DNA from: a virus
Lineage: Duplodnaviria > Caudoviricetes
Virus record (IMG/VR): IMGVR_UViG_3300049142_000128
Span: 1 to 64,000 of that record
Strand: one strand, 5' to 3'
Length of the DNA: 64,000 nucleotides
Below, in pieces: positions 42,824 through 53,258 of the stretch; position 1 is the first letter of the stretch, and each line of letters opens with the position of its first letter. A program made the position numbers and the translations under genes. The notes under the pieces were generated by a model. That model had not been told where the DNA came from. It was given only the letters and a program-made list of their open reading frames with translations, and did no database searches.

Positions 42824-45800
42824 GATGGCTCCTCCGGAGGGACGTAGGGCGGGGTGTAGAGGCCGAGGCCGATCGCGGTAGCGCTCACGCGGGTGGTGTC
42901 GCTGGTGCCGACGACGACGTTCGAGTTGCTGATGTTCTTGAAGACCACGATCGCACCCGTCGCGGACACCGAGCCGGTCTTGATCCACGCGGCGACCTTG
43001 CCGGCCCAGATGGCCGAGGAGTGCATCTGGACGAACCCGCCGGTGGGAGCGGCGGGCGGCGTGGAATCCCAGGTGACCGGTGCTTCCACGGTCGCGCCGG
43101 GCGGGAAGATCCCGCGCGGGAAGAACGCGCCCGGGTCGAGCACGACCGTGCCGCTGGTGCTGACGATCTCCTGCTCGAAGATCTGGTTCAGGGCGCCCCA
43201 CATCACGCCCATCTCGGAGCTGATCGACAGCCCGATGGACTCCTCGCCCGAGGGGAGGCGGGCGACTCGGTGTAGGACCTCGGGCAGCTCTTCGGCGATC
43301 ACACCGACCGACACCGGTTCGTCCGGGTTGCCGGTGGTGAACTTGAACTTCCGGGCGCGGGCGTTCCGGATGACCTCGACCGGGTCCAGGATCGCGCGGA
43401 CGTCCTCGATCTCCTCCTTGGCCGTCTCCGAGGAGGTCTTCTCCCAGTCCAGCGCGCGGCCTACGCCCCAGTCGGTCATGTTCCCGTTGGTGACCGCGAA
43501 GCGGCCGCCGAGGCCGCTGAAGTTCTCGAACTTGAAGCCGGTGTCGTTGCCGACCATGCCGCCGTTGCCGTTGGAGTCGGTGATGTAGGAGATGCCGGAG
43601 CGGGTGATGAAGTCGCCGTCGCTGTCGATGGTGGAGAACTGGATGCGGCGGCCGGAGTTCACACCGCTGACGGGGCTGGTCCAGCGCTCGTCGACCTGGA
43701 AGTTCATGAACGGCGCCGTCATGCGGGTCTGGCGGTCGAGCACGAGCAGCTCGGCCCGGATGTTCTCCAGGAGGTTGGCCTCGCGGCTGAAGTTGATGCC
43801 GACGCCGAGCATGTTCACGTTGACGCGGCCGGAGCGCTGGTTGGAGTCGAGTGGGCCCCGCCAGACGACGTCGTTGCCCTCGTTGCTGATCTGCGAGTAG
43901 TTGTTCCCGGCGGCCGGGTAGAGGCGCAGGGTGCCGTCGGGCATCATCACCCACCGCTCGCCCACCAGGTTGGACTGGAGCGTGCCGGTGATGAGGGCGG
44001 TGCCGTTGGTGGCGTTCAGGTTGACGGTGAGCTGGTTGCTCGAGTTGTAGAGCCGCAGGCCGGCGGCATCGAACTCGCCGCGGCTGGTGGTCGCTCCGAC
44101 CGGGGCGGTGCGGATCTGACTGCCGAGCACCACGGTGGCCTGCAGCGTGCCGGTGATGAGCTTCCCGACCGACAGCGTTTCGATCTTCGCGTCGTTGACG
44201 GCGAGGTCGGCGATCTTCGCGCGGACGATCTCCCCGTCGATGATCTGCGCCCGGTCGATCGCGTTCGGCCCGATGTCGATGTTGACGAGCTGCTGCGCGG
44301 TGGCTGGCCCCGCGACCGGTGAAAGCGGCGACGCGAGACCGCTCCGGTCGACCGCACGGAACGCGACGTACCAGCCGACGCCGATCGGGATGTTCGGCTG
44401 GTTCCAGGTGCCGCCGATGGGCTGCAGGTTCGCGACGTGCTGCGGCGTCGTCAGGTTCGGGTCGAACTCGACGGGGTCCGACACGGTCGGCGGCACGGAG
44501 AACGCGGCGGTCTGGGAGAACCACACCTCGACGACGTTGGTGTCGTCCGGCATCGACTCGCCGGCCGAGCCGAGCCCGTCGTAGTGCGCGTCGAGGGTCC
44601 TGAACCACACTGCCAGCTGCGGCATCGACGGGGCTGGGGGCGCCGTGTTGTCGACCTGCGTGGTGATGTCCACCCGGGTCGACCATTCCGACTGCAGCCC
44701 GGAGCGGTCGACCGCGGCGACCTGAACGCCGATCTCGCGCCCGGCTTCCGCGGTGCCCCACATCAGCTGCAACCCGCTGGTCGGGGAGCCCTCCGGCTCG
44801 TACCAGGCCAGCGGTTCACCCTCCGGGTTGCTCGACGGGAGGCCACCGACCTGGTCGAACCCCAGGTAGGCCCAGCGGACCCGGTATCCCCTGATGTCGG
44901 TGGCCGGGGTGCCGTCGGCGTTCGTGGTGACCGCCTGCCACTGCGCGGACACCTCGGCGTAGGTGAGGGGGTCGCCCGGCACCTGGTAGGCGACATCGGA
45001 GGCGACGACGAGCCCGGTCGGCGCGGCCGGGGGCTTCCCGTCGTCCGGGTTGTTGGGGGCGCTCGTGCCGATGACGGTGGCGCCGCCCTTGAGCCGGTCG
45101 ATCTGCTGCTGCAGCGACACGTCCCGCTCTTCGATGAGGTCGCGCAGCACGACCCCGCCGGAGTAGTGGTCGTCGCGCATCGAGATCGTCAGCTGCGAGA
45201 TGCGCTCGCGGTCGGGCGGGCCGGCGAAGCCGCGGCCGCGATCGGAGTACACCCAGTCCAGCGGGTACAGCTCACGCAGCGGCGTCGGGTGGTCCGGATC
45301 GAACGTGAGCGCGTGGGTGAGCTCGTCGACGCCCCAGATGCGGCGGCCGAGCTCGACGGTGCCGTAGGCGGTGGCCGAGGCCTGGTCGGCGAGGTTGCCC
45401 TGGGAGACGACCTGGCCGACGCGGCGGCCGCGGCGCGCTCGCGCGGTGTCGTCGTGCAGGGCGACGTAGACGCCGTCCTTGCCGATGACGAGCAGGTCGG
45501 TCGCGGCGTCCGAGACGTCGGTCCGGCGCGGGGCCTCGACGAGGTCCCGGCCGGCGCGCAGCACGATCGGCGGGTCCTTGAGGGTGTGGTCGACTCCGAC
45601 GGTGTCCGGGACGTAGAGGCGCACCTCGAGGTCGGTGGTGACCTCGAACTCGGCGACGCCCCAAGCGCGGAGCTGCTGCGCGATCGAGTGCGGGGTCTCC
45701 CCCGGCGAGAACGTCGGGGACATGCGGTGGTCGGTTGGCCACGGCGTGCCGCGGGAGTCGACGAGGTCGGTGAAGGTCCACGACAGGTCCTCGAGGAATC

Positions 45801-47175
45801 CCTCGGCCTGGGCGGCCGCGAGGACCCAGCCGAGGATCGCGCCGGCCGTGGCCGCGGTGAAGTGGGTCTCGCCCTTCTCGTCGGCGTCGTTGTAGGGCAG
45901 CCAGCCCTCGCGCATCAGCGCGGTGAGGAACGTGCCGGTGAAGGTGACGGTGCCGTCCTCGGACACCTCGTCGCCCTGGCGGGCGGTGAGCAGCGCACCG
46001 AGCGCGTTCTGCGCCGTGCCGTCCGTGCGGATGTGGATGAACAGGTCCCTCGACCTGTTGATCCGCTGGTCGAGGACGTCGAAGTTGAGGCCGTCGACCG
46101 GGTACTCGAGCCGGACCGCGCCGTCCTCACCGGGGATCAGCGAGAGGTCCCAGCCGAGCGGCTGCGGAAGCGGGCACAGGATGCTGCGGTCGTCGTCGAG
46201 GGCCCAGAAGTCGACGCGCAGCGGCGGCCGCGGTCGCCGCTCGAGCGCCGGCTCGTAGACGGCAGCAGCCGAAGGCACCGTGCCAGGACGGATGACCTGC
46301 GCGAGCTTCGGCGCTGGCGGCGCGGGTGGCGCCGGAACCGACGCCGGGAACACGTCGACCGGCCCGGGGACGACGGCCGGGGCGGAGGGCGGCGCAGGCG
46401 CCGGGACCGGTGTCGGGGAGATCGTGAACCCGACCTTGAGCTGCGGCTGCGGCGGCGCGGCCGGCGCCGGCACGGTGGTCGGGTTGATCGTCTGCGCGGG
46501 TGGGGCTGGGACTGCCGCGATCACGACGTGCGCGGTGATCCACTGTTCCTGGAGGTCGAAGGTGATCGAACCGGGCGAGAACCCGGTCACGCCGGCCGCG
46601 GACCGGTCCATGGAGTGCGCGAGGACCGGGAGGGTGGCGGCCTGCGGGGCGGGCGGGGTGACGTTGCCCCACCCGCTCGGGATGGTGGTCAGGGCGTGCT
46701 GCTCGCCGTCGCTGTTGTCGATCCCCAGGAAGATCAGCGAGTCGTAGTCGCCGCTCGCCAGGCCGGTGATCGCGGTGACTGTGGCGGTGCCGGTGGCGCC
46801 GGTGTTGCCGCCGCCGCTGACGAGCTGCACCTGCGCGGTTGGGAGCGCGCCGGCGCCCTGCATGCAGATGACGTCCCAGGCGGCTTCGACGAGGTTGCCG
46901 TGGCCGCCGTCGACCATGGTCATCGTCAGCGCGTCGTTGGCGGATCCGTCGAGCACCCGCGTGACGACGGTGAGGCGGTGGTTGGTGCTCGTGCCCTGCC
47001 CGAGGGTCCAGGCCGGGTCCGTGGCCCACCCGGTGGACGGGGTTGCGGTCGTGGTCGCGTTGTTGTTGACGAACCCGACGACGACCCGGTCGCCGTTCTG
47101 CCTGCCGGCCGGGAGCGGGACGGCGTGCGTGACGGCGGCCGGGGCCGTGCCGGCGAGGCGGGAGCGGATTGCCAC
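42820..47175 (-). CDS. Large central tail / host-specificity protein with FN3-like and S74-like C-terminal segments
   Basis: 1451 aa; baseplate-like middle region, PAAPTGL FN3-like repeats, TSSETAKEEIED...KFKF...GVIAEEL chaperone-like segment. Confidence 0.8.
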   Translation of the reverse strand: MAIRSRLAGTAPAAVTHAVPLPAGRQNGDRVVVGFVNNNATTTATPSTGWATDPAWTLGQGTSTNHRLTVVTRVLDGSANDALTMTMVDGGHGNLVEAAWDVICMQGAGALPTAQVQLVSGGGNTGATGTATVTAITGLASGDYDSLIFLGIDNSDGEQHALTTIPSGWGNVTPPAPQAATLPVLAHSMDRSAAGVTGFSPGSITFDLQEQWITAHVVIAAVPAPPAQTINPTTVPAPAAPPQPQLKVGFTISPTPVPAPAPPSAPAVVPGPVDVFPASVPAPPAPPAPKLAQVIRPGTVPSAAAVYEPALERRPRPPLRVDFWALDDDRSILCPLPQPLGWDLSLIPGEDGAVRLEYPVDGLNFDVLDQRINRSRDLFIHIRTDGTAQNALGALLTARQGDEVSEDGTVTFTGTFLTALMREGWLPYNDADEKGETHFTAATAGAILGWVLAAAQAEGFLEDLSWTFTDLVDSRGTPWPTDHRMSPTFSPGETPHSIAQQLRAWGVAEFEVTTDLEVRLYVPDTVGVDHTLKDPPIVLRAGRDLVEAPRRTDVSDAATDLLVIGKDGVYVALHDDTARARRGRRVGQVVSQGNLADQASATAYGTVELGRRIWGVDELTHALTFDPDHPTPLRELYPLDWVYSDRGRGFAGPPDRERISQLTISMRDDHYSGGVVLRDLIEERDVSLQQQIDRLKGGATVIGTSAPNNPDDGKPPAAPTGLVVASDVAYQVPGDPLTYAEVSAQWQAVTTNADGTPATDIRGYRVRWAYLGFDQVGGLPSSNPEGEPLAWYEPEGSPTSGLQLMWGTAEAGREIGVQVAAVDRSGLQSEWSTRVDITTQVDNTAPPAPSMPQLAVWFRTLDAHYDGLGSAGESMPDDTNVVEVWFSQTAAFSVPPTVSDPVEFDPNLTTPQHVANLQPIGGTWNQPNIPIGVGWYVAFRAVDRSGLASPLSPVAGPATAQQLVNIDIGPNAIDRAQIIDGEIVRAKIADLAVNDAKIETLSVGKLITGTLQATVVLGSQIRTAPVGATTSRGEFDAAGLRLYNSSNQLTVNLNATNGTALITGTLQSNLVGERWVMMPDGTLRLYPAAGNNYSQISNEGNDVVWRGPLDSNQRSGRVNVNMLGVGINFSREANLLENIRAELLVLDRQTRMTAPFMNFQVDERWTSPVSGVNSGRRIQFSTIDSDGDFITRSGISYITDSNGNGGMVGNDTGFKFENFSGLGGRFAVTNGNMTDWGVGRALDWEKTSSETAKEEIEDVRAILDPVEVIRNARARKFKFTTGNPDEPVSVGVIAEELPEVLHRVARLPSGEESIGLSISSEMGVMWGALNQIFEQEIVSTSGTVVLDPGAFFPRGIFPPGATVEAPVTWDSTPPAAPTGGFVQMHSSAIWAGKVAAWIKTGSVSATGAIVVFKNISNSNVVVGTSDTTRVSATAIGLGLYTPPYVPPEEPS

Positions 47176-47208
47176 GTCAGCTGACCACCGATGCGCTACC
47201 GGCCGACA

Positions 47209-47613
47209 TCAGAGCGTCGCGATGCCGGCGGCGTTCTGGACGACGTTGATGTCGCCACCGTTCGGGGTGACGGGGAGCCCGGACGTCGCGGTGTCGACGA
47301 AGATCAGAAGCCGTGAGCTGGCGTCCGAGCCCGTGTTTACCCAGTAGATCAGCGCCTCCGCCTGATCCCCGGTGACGGTGGGGAACGTGAAGTCGTTGGA
47401 GTCGAGCACGCCCAGCGCGGATGTCTTCCCGGCCAGCGGCCCGAACGAGGCCACCCGAGCGGCAGCAGGGACCGACGACCGGAACTCGTGCGTGTTGATC
47501 GACACCGTGTAGTCGGCGAGGTCGATCAGGTCCACATGGATCGCGGCCGTGCCCCAGTTGACCTGGGCGTTGGCCCAGGCCTGCCGGGCGAGCCCGTAGA
47601 TCGCGTTCGCCAC
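47209..47613 (-). CDS. Minor virion structural protein
   Basis: LAGKT..GVLDSND.TFPTVTG...LPVTPNGGDI pattern; tail region. Confidence 0.65.
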   Translation of the reverse strand: MANAIYGLARQAWANAQVNWGTAAIHVDLIDLADYTVSINTHEFRSSVPAAARVASFGPLAGKTSALGVLDSNDFTFPTVTGDQAEALIYWVNTGSDASSRLLIFVDTATSGLPVTPNGGDINVVQNAAGIATL

Positions 47614-47616
47614 CGG

Positions 47617-47985
47617 TCAGCCCTCCTCGGGGAAGGTCGGCCACGGCAGCACCGTGGTGTCCGTGTCGTCGAGGCGCTCGTAGGTCTTGCGCCGGTACTC
47701 GGCGCCCCGGCCGACCGCGCGGAGAGCGGCCTCCTTCCGCGCCTCGCGCTCGTCGACGGCCTGCTTCTTCGACGCCGGCCCGTGCCCGTCGCCTACGTGC
47801 TGGGCGAGCCACGACCGCACGAACGGCTCGACGACCTCGACGGGGTCCCGCTGCCGCCAGATCCCGCCGCACAGGCAGAACAGCTCGGTGAACACGAGCT
47901 GCGCGGGGTCGGTGTGCACCGCGGGGTCGTAGAGCGGCGGTCGCTCCTCGGTGACGGCCTCGGCGGCCGCCTTGGTCCTGGCCAC
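47617..47985 (-). CDS. Hypothetical protein
   Basis: VARTKAA...FCLCGG; GTG start inferred. Confidence 0.5.
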   Translation of the reverse strand: MARTKAAAEAVTEERPPLYDPAVHTDPAQLVFTELFCLCGGIWRQRDPVEVVEPFVRSWLAQHVGDGHGPASKKQAVDEREARKEAALRAVGRGAEYRRKTYERLDDTDTTVLPWPTFPEEG

Positions 47986-47993
47986 AGGCCCTC

Positions 47994-48851
47994 CTAGGCG
48001 ATCTTGTACTTGCGTTTGCCGGTGACGGTGGCCGTGCCAGCGCCCGGCCCGGTCTGGGTGAGCTCGACAACGGGCGGGGCGCCGCCCGGCTCGGGCCGCA
48101 GCGCGAACCAGCGGGTGGTGCCGCGGCCGCCGTAGGCGAGGTCCTCGTAGAGGCCGGGGGCGACGCCAGGGGAGCCGTAGACCTGCCATTCCGCGGTGTC
48201 GACGGTGACCGTCTGGCCGGGCAGGATCACGCGGTTGATCTGCACCCAGATCCCGGTCGAGGGCTGCTCGAGGCGCGGGTTGGACTGCGCGCCGAACACG
48301 ACGAGCAGGTCCTCCATGGGCGCGTCGGCTCCGGCGAACTCGGGGAGCGGCTGCTCGGCGCCGGAGATGACGGTCGCCGTGCTGGTGGCGGGGTCCGACC
48401 AGAACGGGGCGGCGCAGCGCAGGGCAACGTTGAGGCGGCCGACGGTGTCGCGGTCGCGGCCGTCGATGTCGGGTGGGATCGCGGCGATGACCTCGCCGGT
48501 GATCTGGCGGGCGGTGCCGTCCTCGAGGGTGAGCCGGAGCGTGACCTGCTCGTCGACGGTGAGCAGCGTGAGGAGCCGGCGCAGGTTCTGGTGGAACACG
48601 AGCCGGCCGGCCCCGGCCGCCGGGATGGTGCCGTCAGGCTCGACGCCGCGCACCCATGGCCGGAACACGATGGTGTTGGCGCCGTACTTCTTGCCGGGCA
48701 GGTGCAGCTCGCCGTGCGAGCCGGGGACGACGAGGTCGCGGCCGCGCTTCTCCGGGACCGCGACGAGACCGGGGATGCCGTCGACGCCCCGGTCGATGCA
48801 GGCGTCGAGGTCGTGGACGACGTCGTCGGCGGTGATCAGGTCGATGTTCAT
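47994..48851 (-). CDS. Distal tail (Dit-like) minor tail protein
   Basis: Directly follows the tape measure; RGRDLVVPG.HG, ALRCAAPFW motifs. Confidence 0.75.
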   Translation of the reverse strand: MNIDLITADDVVHDLDACIDRGVDGIPGLVAVPEKRGRDLVVPGSHGELHLPGKKYGANTIVFRPWVRGVEPDGTIPAAGAGRLVFHQNLRRLLTLLTVDEQVTLRLTLEDGTARQITGEVIAAIPPDIDGRDRDTVGRLNVALRCAAPFWSDPATSTATVISGAEQPLPEFAGADAPMEDLLVVFGAQSNPRLEQPSTGIWVQINRVILPGQTVTVDTAEWQVYGSPGVAPGLYEDLAYGGRGTTRWFALRPEPGGAPPVVELTQTGPGAGTATVTGKRKYKIA

Positions 48852-51800
48852 CGGCGGCGGAACGCTCCCAACGCACTCAGCGTGCGGAGATCGGCGTTGA
48901 TCTCGTCGGCCGCGCGCTCCGCGGTCGTCGAGATCTCCTGGTTGATCACGACGTCGCCGCCGACCCCGCCGACCAGCTCGGCGCGGATGGCGCGGAGCTC
49001 GGCGAGGATCGCGTCGTCGCTCAGCGAGACGGGTGCGGGTCGGCCGGCGGTCGCGGCGACAGCGGCCGCGGCGTCTTGCTGCACGTTCGGGGCGGGCAGG
49101 GTGATGTCGCCGATGCGGGCCTGCACGACGCTGGCGATGTAGTCGCCGAGCGCGCCGCTGTCGCCGCCGCGAATCGCGGCGACGTCGAGCTGGTCGAGGA
49201 CGCGCTGGGCGGCCTGGCTGGCGCCGGACAGGTCGACGGAGTCGACGGCCGCCCGAGACATCCGCTCCGTGGCGGCCTCGACTGCCGGGGTGATGCGGTC
49301 GACGCCCTGCACGAGGCCGCGGCCGAGGTCGCGGCCGATCCCGGCGAACACCTTCGACGGGGAGGCGATGCCGAAGAAGCTCTTCACCGCGTTGAGGGCG
49401 CGCTGCGCGAGCCCGGTGAGGAAGCTGATGACCTGGCCGGAGGCGGCCTGCAGGCCGCGCACGATGCCGTCGATGACGTTGCGGCCGACCTGCACCATCT
49501 GGCCGGCCCACCCGGAGAGCGCGCTGATGACGCGGCCGGGCAGCGCGGTGAACCACTGGATCACCTGCTGCAGGAAGCCGTTCACCGAGGCGAGCACGGT
49601 GGAGGCGAGGTTCGCGAAGGACGACACGACCTGGCCGACGAACCCGACGACCGCGCCAACGACCGTGCTGACCATGCCGGCGAAGAAGCCGACCACGGAG
49701 CCGACGAAGGCGCCGACGGTCGCGATCACGGTCGCGGCGAGGTTTCCGAAGAACGCGACGACGCTGGCGACGAGGTTCCCGACGAAGGTGATCACCTGGC
49801 CGACGAAGGTCGCGACCGAGGTGACCATCCCGGTGAAGGCGGCCACCACGGTCGTGATCGCCGTGATGATCGGGACGGCGATCGACACGATCGCACTGAC
49901 CAGCGACGCGACGATGTTGATGATCGTCGTGACCACGGTGACGACGACCGTCATGAGGGAGGTGAAGATCGGCAGGAGGATCTGGATCGCCGCGCCGATG
50001 AGCGGGAGCACCGCGGACGCCAGCTGCATGAGCGGCGGGAGGAGCGGCAGCACGGCCTGAACCAGCGCCATGAACGCCTGCACGATCATCGGGATCAGCG
50101 GGGCGAGCGCGGTCACCGCCTGCAGCAGGATCTGCCCGATCATGGTGGCGAGCTGGGTGAAGATCGGCGTGAGCTGCTGGATGATCGGCACGAGCTGCGC
50201 GAACAGCGGCGTCAGCGCGCCGATGGCCTGCACGAGGACGCCCGCGATGATCGTCGCGACCTGCTGAATCACCGGGACGAGCGGCGTGATGATCGCGAGC
50301 ATCGCCGACAGCCCGGCCTGCACCAGCTGCACGATCACCGGGAGGAGCGGGGTGAGGGCCGTGACGACCTGCGCGAAGATCTGCGCGAACGTTGTGAGGA
50401 GCGGCGCGAGCGCGGTCACGGCCTGCACCAGCGCGCCGCCGAGCACCGTGGCGAGCTGACCGAACACCGGAGCGAGCGCGGTGATCGCCGGGGCGATCGC
50501 GGTGAACGCCTGCACGAGGACGCCGCTGAGCACCGTGGCCAGCTGCCCGATCACCGGGGCGAGGGCCTGGATCACCGGCGTCAGCACCGCGCCGAGGGCC
50601 GCGACGACCGGGCCGATCGCGGTCGCGACGGCCTGCAGCGCGGACCCGATCACCGGCAGGACCGGGGCGAGCGCCCCGGCGAGCGCCTGGACGAGCACGG
50701 AGATGGTGGGGGCGACGGCGGCCATCGCCGTGCCGAGCGTCGATCCGATGATCGAGGCGAGCTGGCCGAGCAGCGGCAGCAGCGGCGCGAGGGCCTGGAC
50801 GACCGCGAGGAACCCGGTCGCGAATGCCGTCACCCCGGGGGCGGCGGCCTGCAGCCCGGCGACGAGCTCGTTGAGCACCTGCCCGAGCACCGGCCCGACG
50901 GCCATGCCGATCTGCTGCAGGACCGGGCCGACCACGCCGAGGACCTGGATGAGGCCGCCGACGACGGGGAGCAGCGCCTGGATGGCGGCCTGCGCGCCCT
51001 GGAAGAACGCGACGAGCGCCTGCTGGCCGGCGACGGAGTTGACGACGTTTGCGATCTCGGTCGTGACCGAGATGAGCCCGGACATGAGCCCGCCGGTGGC
51101 CGAGCTCGCCGCCATGAAGACGCCGGAGACGATCGACCCGAGGTTCGCCAGGACCGTGCCGAGCTGCCGGGCGGCCGCGACGGCGTTCTCGATCCACACC
51201 CCGACCTGCCCGGTCTGGGCGGCGTTCGACAGGAACATGGCGAAGTTCCGGCCAGCGGCGCCGATGGCCTCGCCGAGCTGGACGACGTACGGGGATCCGG
51301 CGACGAACACTTCCGTCATCGCCCGGCCGAGCGGGGCGAGCGCGGTGGTGGCGGCGGCGACGCCGGCGGACAGGTTCCCGAACGCGACTCGGACGTTGGA
51401 GACCGTCGAGGACTGGTTGAGGAAGGCGCCGAGCTGCTGCCCGGCGCGGTTGAACGCGTCGGCGACGAATCCGAGGCTGTTCCGCAGGATGGGCAGGTAG
51501 TTGTTGCCCAGCTGGGAGATCACCGGGCCGAGACCGGCGAACAGGCGCTGCTGCACGTCGAGCCGCAGGCCCTCCCAGGCTGGTCGCAGCGCCATGACCG
51601 CGCGGGCAGCTTCCTGCGCGGCCGGCGCGAGGTTCTTGATGGCCTCGGCGAACGCCGCGGCGTCACCTTCGGCGACGGCGGACATGGCCTCGCCGAACCC
51701 CTGGGTACCGACGCGGAGGGCCCCGAGGGCGAGCTGGACGGCGCCGATCACCGCCGGCAGCACGGCCACACCGCCGGCCAGCTGGGCTGCTCCAGCAGCG

Positions 51801-52360
51801 GCGCCGGCGAGCACGATTCCTAGGCCACCGGCGGCGGCCTGGGCGGCGACGGCGGCGAGACCAAGCTTCGACAAGCTGGCGCCGAGGGCGCCGATGCCGA
51901 CGAGCGCGTTGCCGGCGGTGCGGCCGATGTCGCCGAGGCCGCGGGACAGGCCGCGGTCGATGTCGACGTTCACGTCGACGTGCGCGGTGCCGCGGGCTGA
52001 GGCGATCGCCGCTTCGATGCGGGCCGTGATCGCGGCCTCGTTGACGTTGGCGTCGACGTCGACGTTGAACGGGCTGGCCCCAGCCAGGGCGGCGCGGATC
52101 CGGGCGACGATCTGGGCGGGGTCGCCGTCGAGCTGGATGTTGAACGGCCCGGCCGCGTTGAGGGCGGCCCGGATGCGGGTGCCGATGCTGGCCGGGTCGG
52201 TGTCGAGCTTGATGTCGACCTGCCCGATCCGGCCGGCGGTGGCGCGGACGGCATCGGCGAACCGCTGCCCTACCCGGGCGCCGACGCGCGTGGCGTCGGC
52301 CTCCGCGCCGGCCGCGTCGAGCGAGACGCGGACGGAGGCCTCGTCCAGGACGCGCGCTAT
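48848..52360 (-). CDS. Tape measure protein (start appears to be ATA at 52360)
   Basis: Long Ala/Gly/Val/Leu amphipathic repeats; frame open 129 codons upstream of the GTG at 51973, up to ATA-GCG-CGC-GTC-CTG-GAC. Confidence 0.9.
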   Translation of the reverse strand: MARVLDEASVRVSLDAAGAEADATRVGARVGQRFADAVRATAGRIGQVDIKLDTDPASIGTRIRAALNAAGPFNIQLDGDPAQIVARIRAALAGASPFNVDVDANVNEAAITARIEAAIASARGTAHVDVNVDIDRGLSRGLGDIGRTAGNALVGIGALGASLSKLGLAAVAAQAAAGGLGIVLAGAAAGAAQLAGGVAVLPAVIGAVQLALGALRVGTQGFGEAMSAVAEGDAAAFAEAIKNLAPAAQEAARAVMALRPAWEGLRLDVQQRLFAGLGPVISQLGNNYLPILRNSLGFVADAFNRAGQQLGAFLNQSSTVSNVRVAFGNLSAGVAAATTALAPLGRAMTEVFVAGSPYVVQLGEAIGAAGRNFAMFLSNAAQTGQVGVWIENAVAAARQLGTVLANLGSIVSGVFMAASSATGGLMSGLISVTTEIANVVNSVAGQQALVAFFQGAQAAIQALLPVVGGLIQVLGVVGPVLQQIGMAVGPVLGQVLNELVAGLQAAAPGVTAFATGFLAVVQALAPLLPLLGQLASIIGSTLGTAMAAVAPTISVLVQALAGALAPVLPVIGSALQAVATAIGPVVAALGAVLTPVIQALAPVIGQLATVLSGVLVQAFTAIAPAITALAPVFGQLATVLGGALVQAVTALAPLLTTFAQIFAQVVTALTPLLPVIVQLVQAGLSAMLAIITPLVPVIQQVATIIAGVLVQAIGALTPLFAQLVPIIQQLTPIFTQLATMIGQILLQAVTALAPLIPMIVQAFMALVQAVLPLLPPLMQLASAVLPLIGAAIQILLPIFTSLMTVVVTVVTTIINIVASLVSAIVSIAVPIITAITTVVAAFTGMVTSVATFVGQVITFVGNLVASVVAFFGNLAATVIATVGAFVGSVVGFFAGMVSTVVGAVVGFVGQVVSSFANLASTVLASVNGFLQQVIQWFTALPGRVISALSGWAGQMVQVGRNVIDGIVRGLQAASGQVISFLTGLAQRALNAVKSFFGIASPSKVFAGIGRDLGRGLVQGVDRITPAVEAATERMSRAAVDSVDLSGASQAAQRVLDQLDVAAIRGGDSGALGDYIASVVQARIGDITLPAPNVQQDAAAAVAATAGRPAPVSLSDDAILAELRAIRAELVGGVGGDVVINQEISTTAERAADEINADLRTLSALGAFRRR

Positions 52361-52457
52361 GGCACCTGGTCACCTCGCATCCGCGGTCGTTGTCGCTGGG
52401 GGCGCGGCCACCATGCAGCCCCCCGGTGCGGGTACGCGACGCCCGCGAGTCCGCGAC

Positions 52458-52762
52458 TCACCGCGCCAGGGAGGTCCCGGCGAGCTTCGCCATCGCGGCC
52501 TGCTGCTCGGGGCTCATCCCCCACGTCTCCCTGTCGGGGGGCCGGATCTTCCACAGCACCGGGTTGAGCTTGCGGCGCCACTGCTCGAGCGCGTCCCGCG
52601 GGACGTCGATGACGATCGTGAGCAGCACGTCGACGACGGTGCCGATGGGTGTGCGGTCGGTGATGCCGGCGAGGTGGAGGCGGCCGCGGATGTAGCTCGC
52701 GATGTCGGTGCCGCCGGTGGTCATCGCGACGAGCGCGATGACCTCGACGTAGGGCGGCCCGC
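52458..52762 (-). CDS. Tail assembly chaperone, frameshift (GT) extension
   Basis: Lies in the -1 frame overlapping the end of the upstream chaperone, just before the tape measure. Confidence 0.65.
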
Positions 52763-53203
52763 CGCCACCTCGGACATGAGGTGCTCGAACACGCCGAGGA
52801 TCTGCTCGAACTCGACCTCGACGTCGTCGTCGTGCTCCATGAGCTGCACCCAGCGGCGCCGCGACGACCCGGCCTCGAACGCCGTGTACTTCGGCAGGTC
52901 CTCGGCGGGGACGGTGGTGCCGTCGGGGGCGGTGAGCTCGCCGTCGACGACGGTCGGCTGCCACTTCGCGGGGGTGCCGTCGTTGTCGACGAGGCTGCGG
53001 CGGATGAGCCGGTCCAGGTAGGGCAGTGCGCCGGCGCCGTCCTGGTTCTTCACCAGGCCGACGGTGTCGCCGTAGGAGACGCGGGGGCGGGCGGTGAACT
53101 CGTGGGGTTCTTCGACGCCGTCGCGGACGAATCCGACGGAGAACTCGACGGTGGGGGCGGGCTTGACGTCGCGCTTCGGGCCGAAGTGCTTGGCTGCGGG
53201 CAT
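52721..53203 (-). CDS. Tail assembly chaperone (G)
   Basis: Acidic 160 aa ORF ending GRPT..; position upstream of the tape measure. Confidence 0.7.
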   Translation of the reverse strand: MPAAKHFGPKRDVKPAPTVEFSVGFVRDGVEEPHEFTARPRVSYGDTVGLVKNQDGAGALPYLDRLIRRSLVDNDGTPAKWQPTVVDGELTAPDGTTVPAEDLPKYTAFEAGSSRRRWVQLMEHDDDVEVEFEQILGVFEHLMSEVAAGRPTSRSSRSSR

Positions 53204-53258
53204 GCGCGGCAGAGTGCTCGCGCCGCCGGGGTACGCGCGATGCCCGCGAGTCCGTGAC

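Noticed and set aside
36053-47175. Diversity-generating retroelement or invertible tail-fibre cassette
   Set aside because: No reverse transcriptase, invertase or template/variable repeat pair was seen.
48848-51500. Tandem DNA repeat or mobile repeat in the tape measure
   Set aside because: The periodicity reflects ordinary amphipathic tape-measure protein repeats.
27672-51823. Long plus-strand ORFs (e.g. 27672-30077, 37503-39194, 39756-42137, 44437-47184, 49076-51823)
   Set aside because: They are antisense shadows of high-GC minus-strand genes, with no recognisable motifs.
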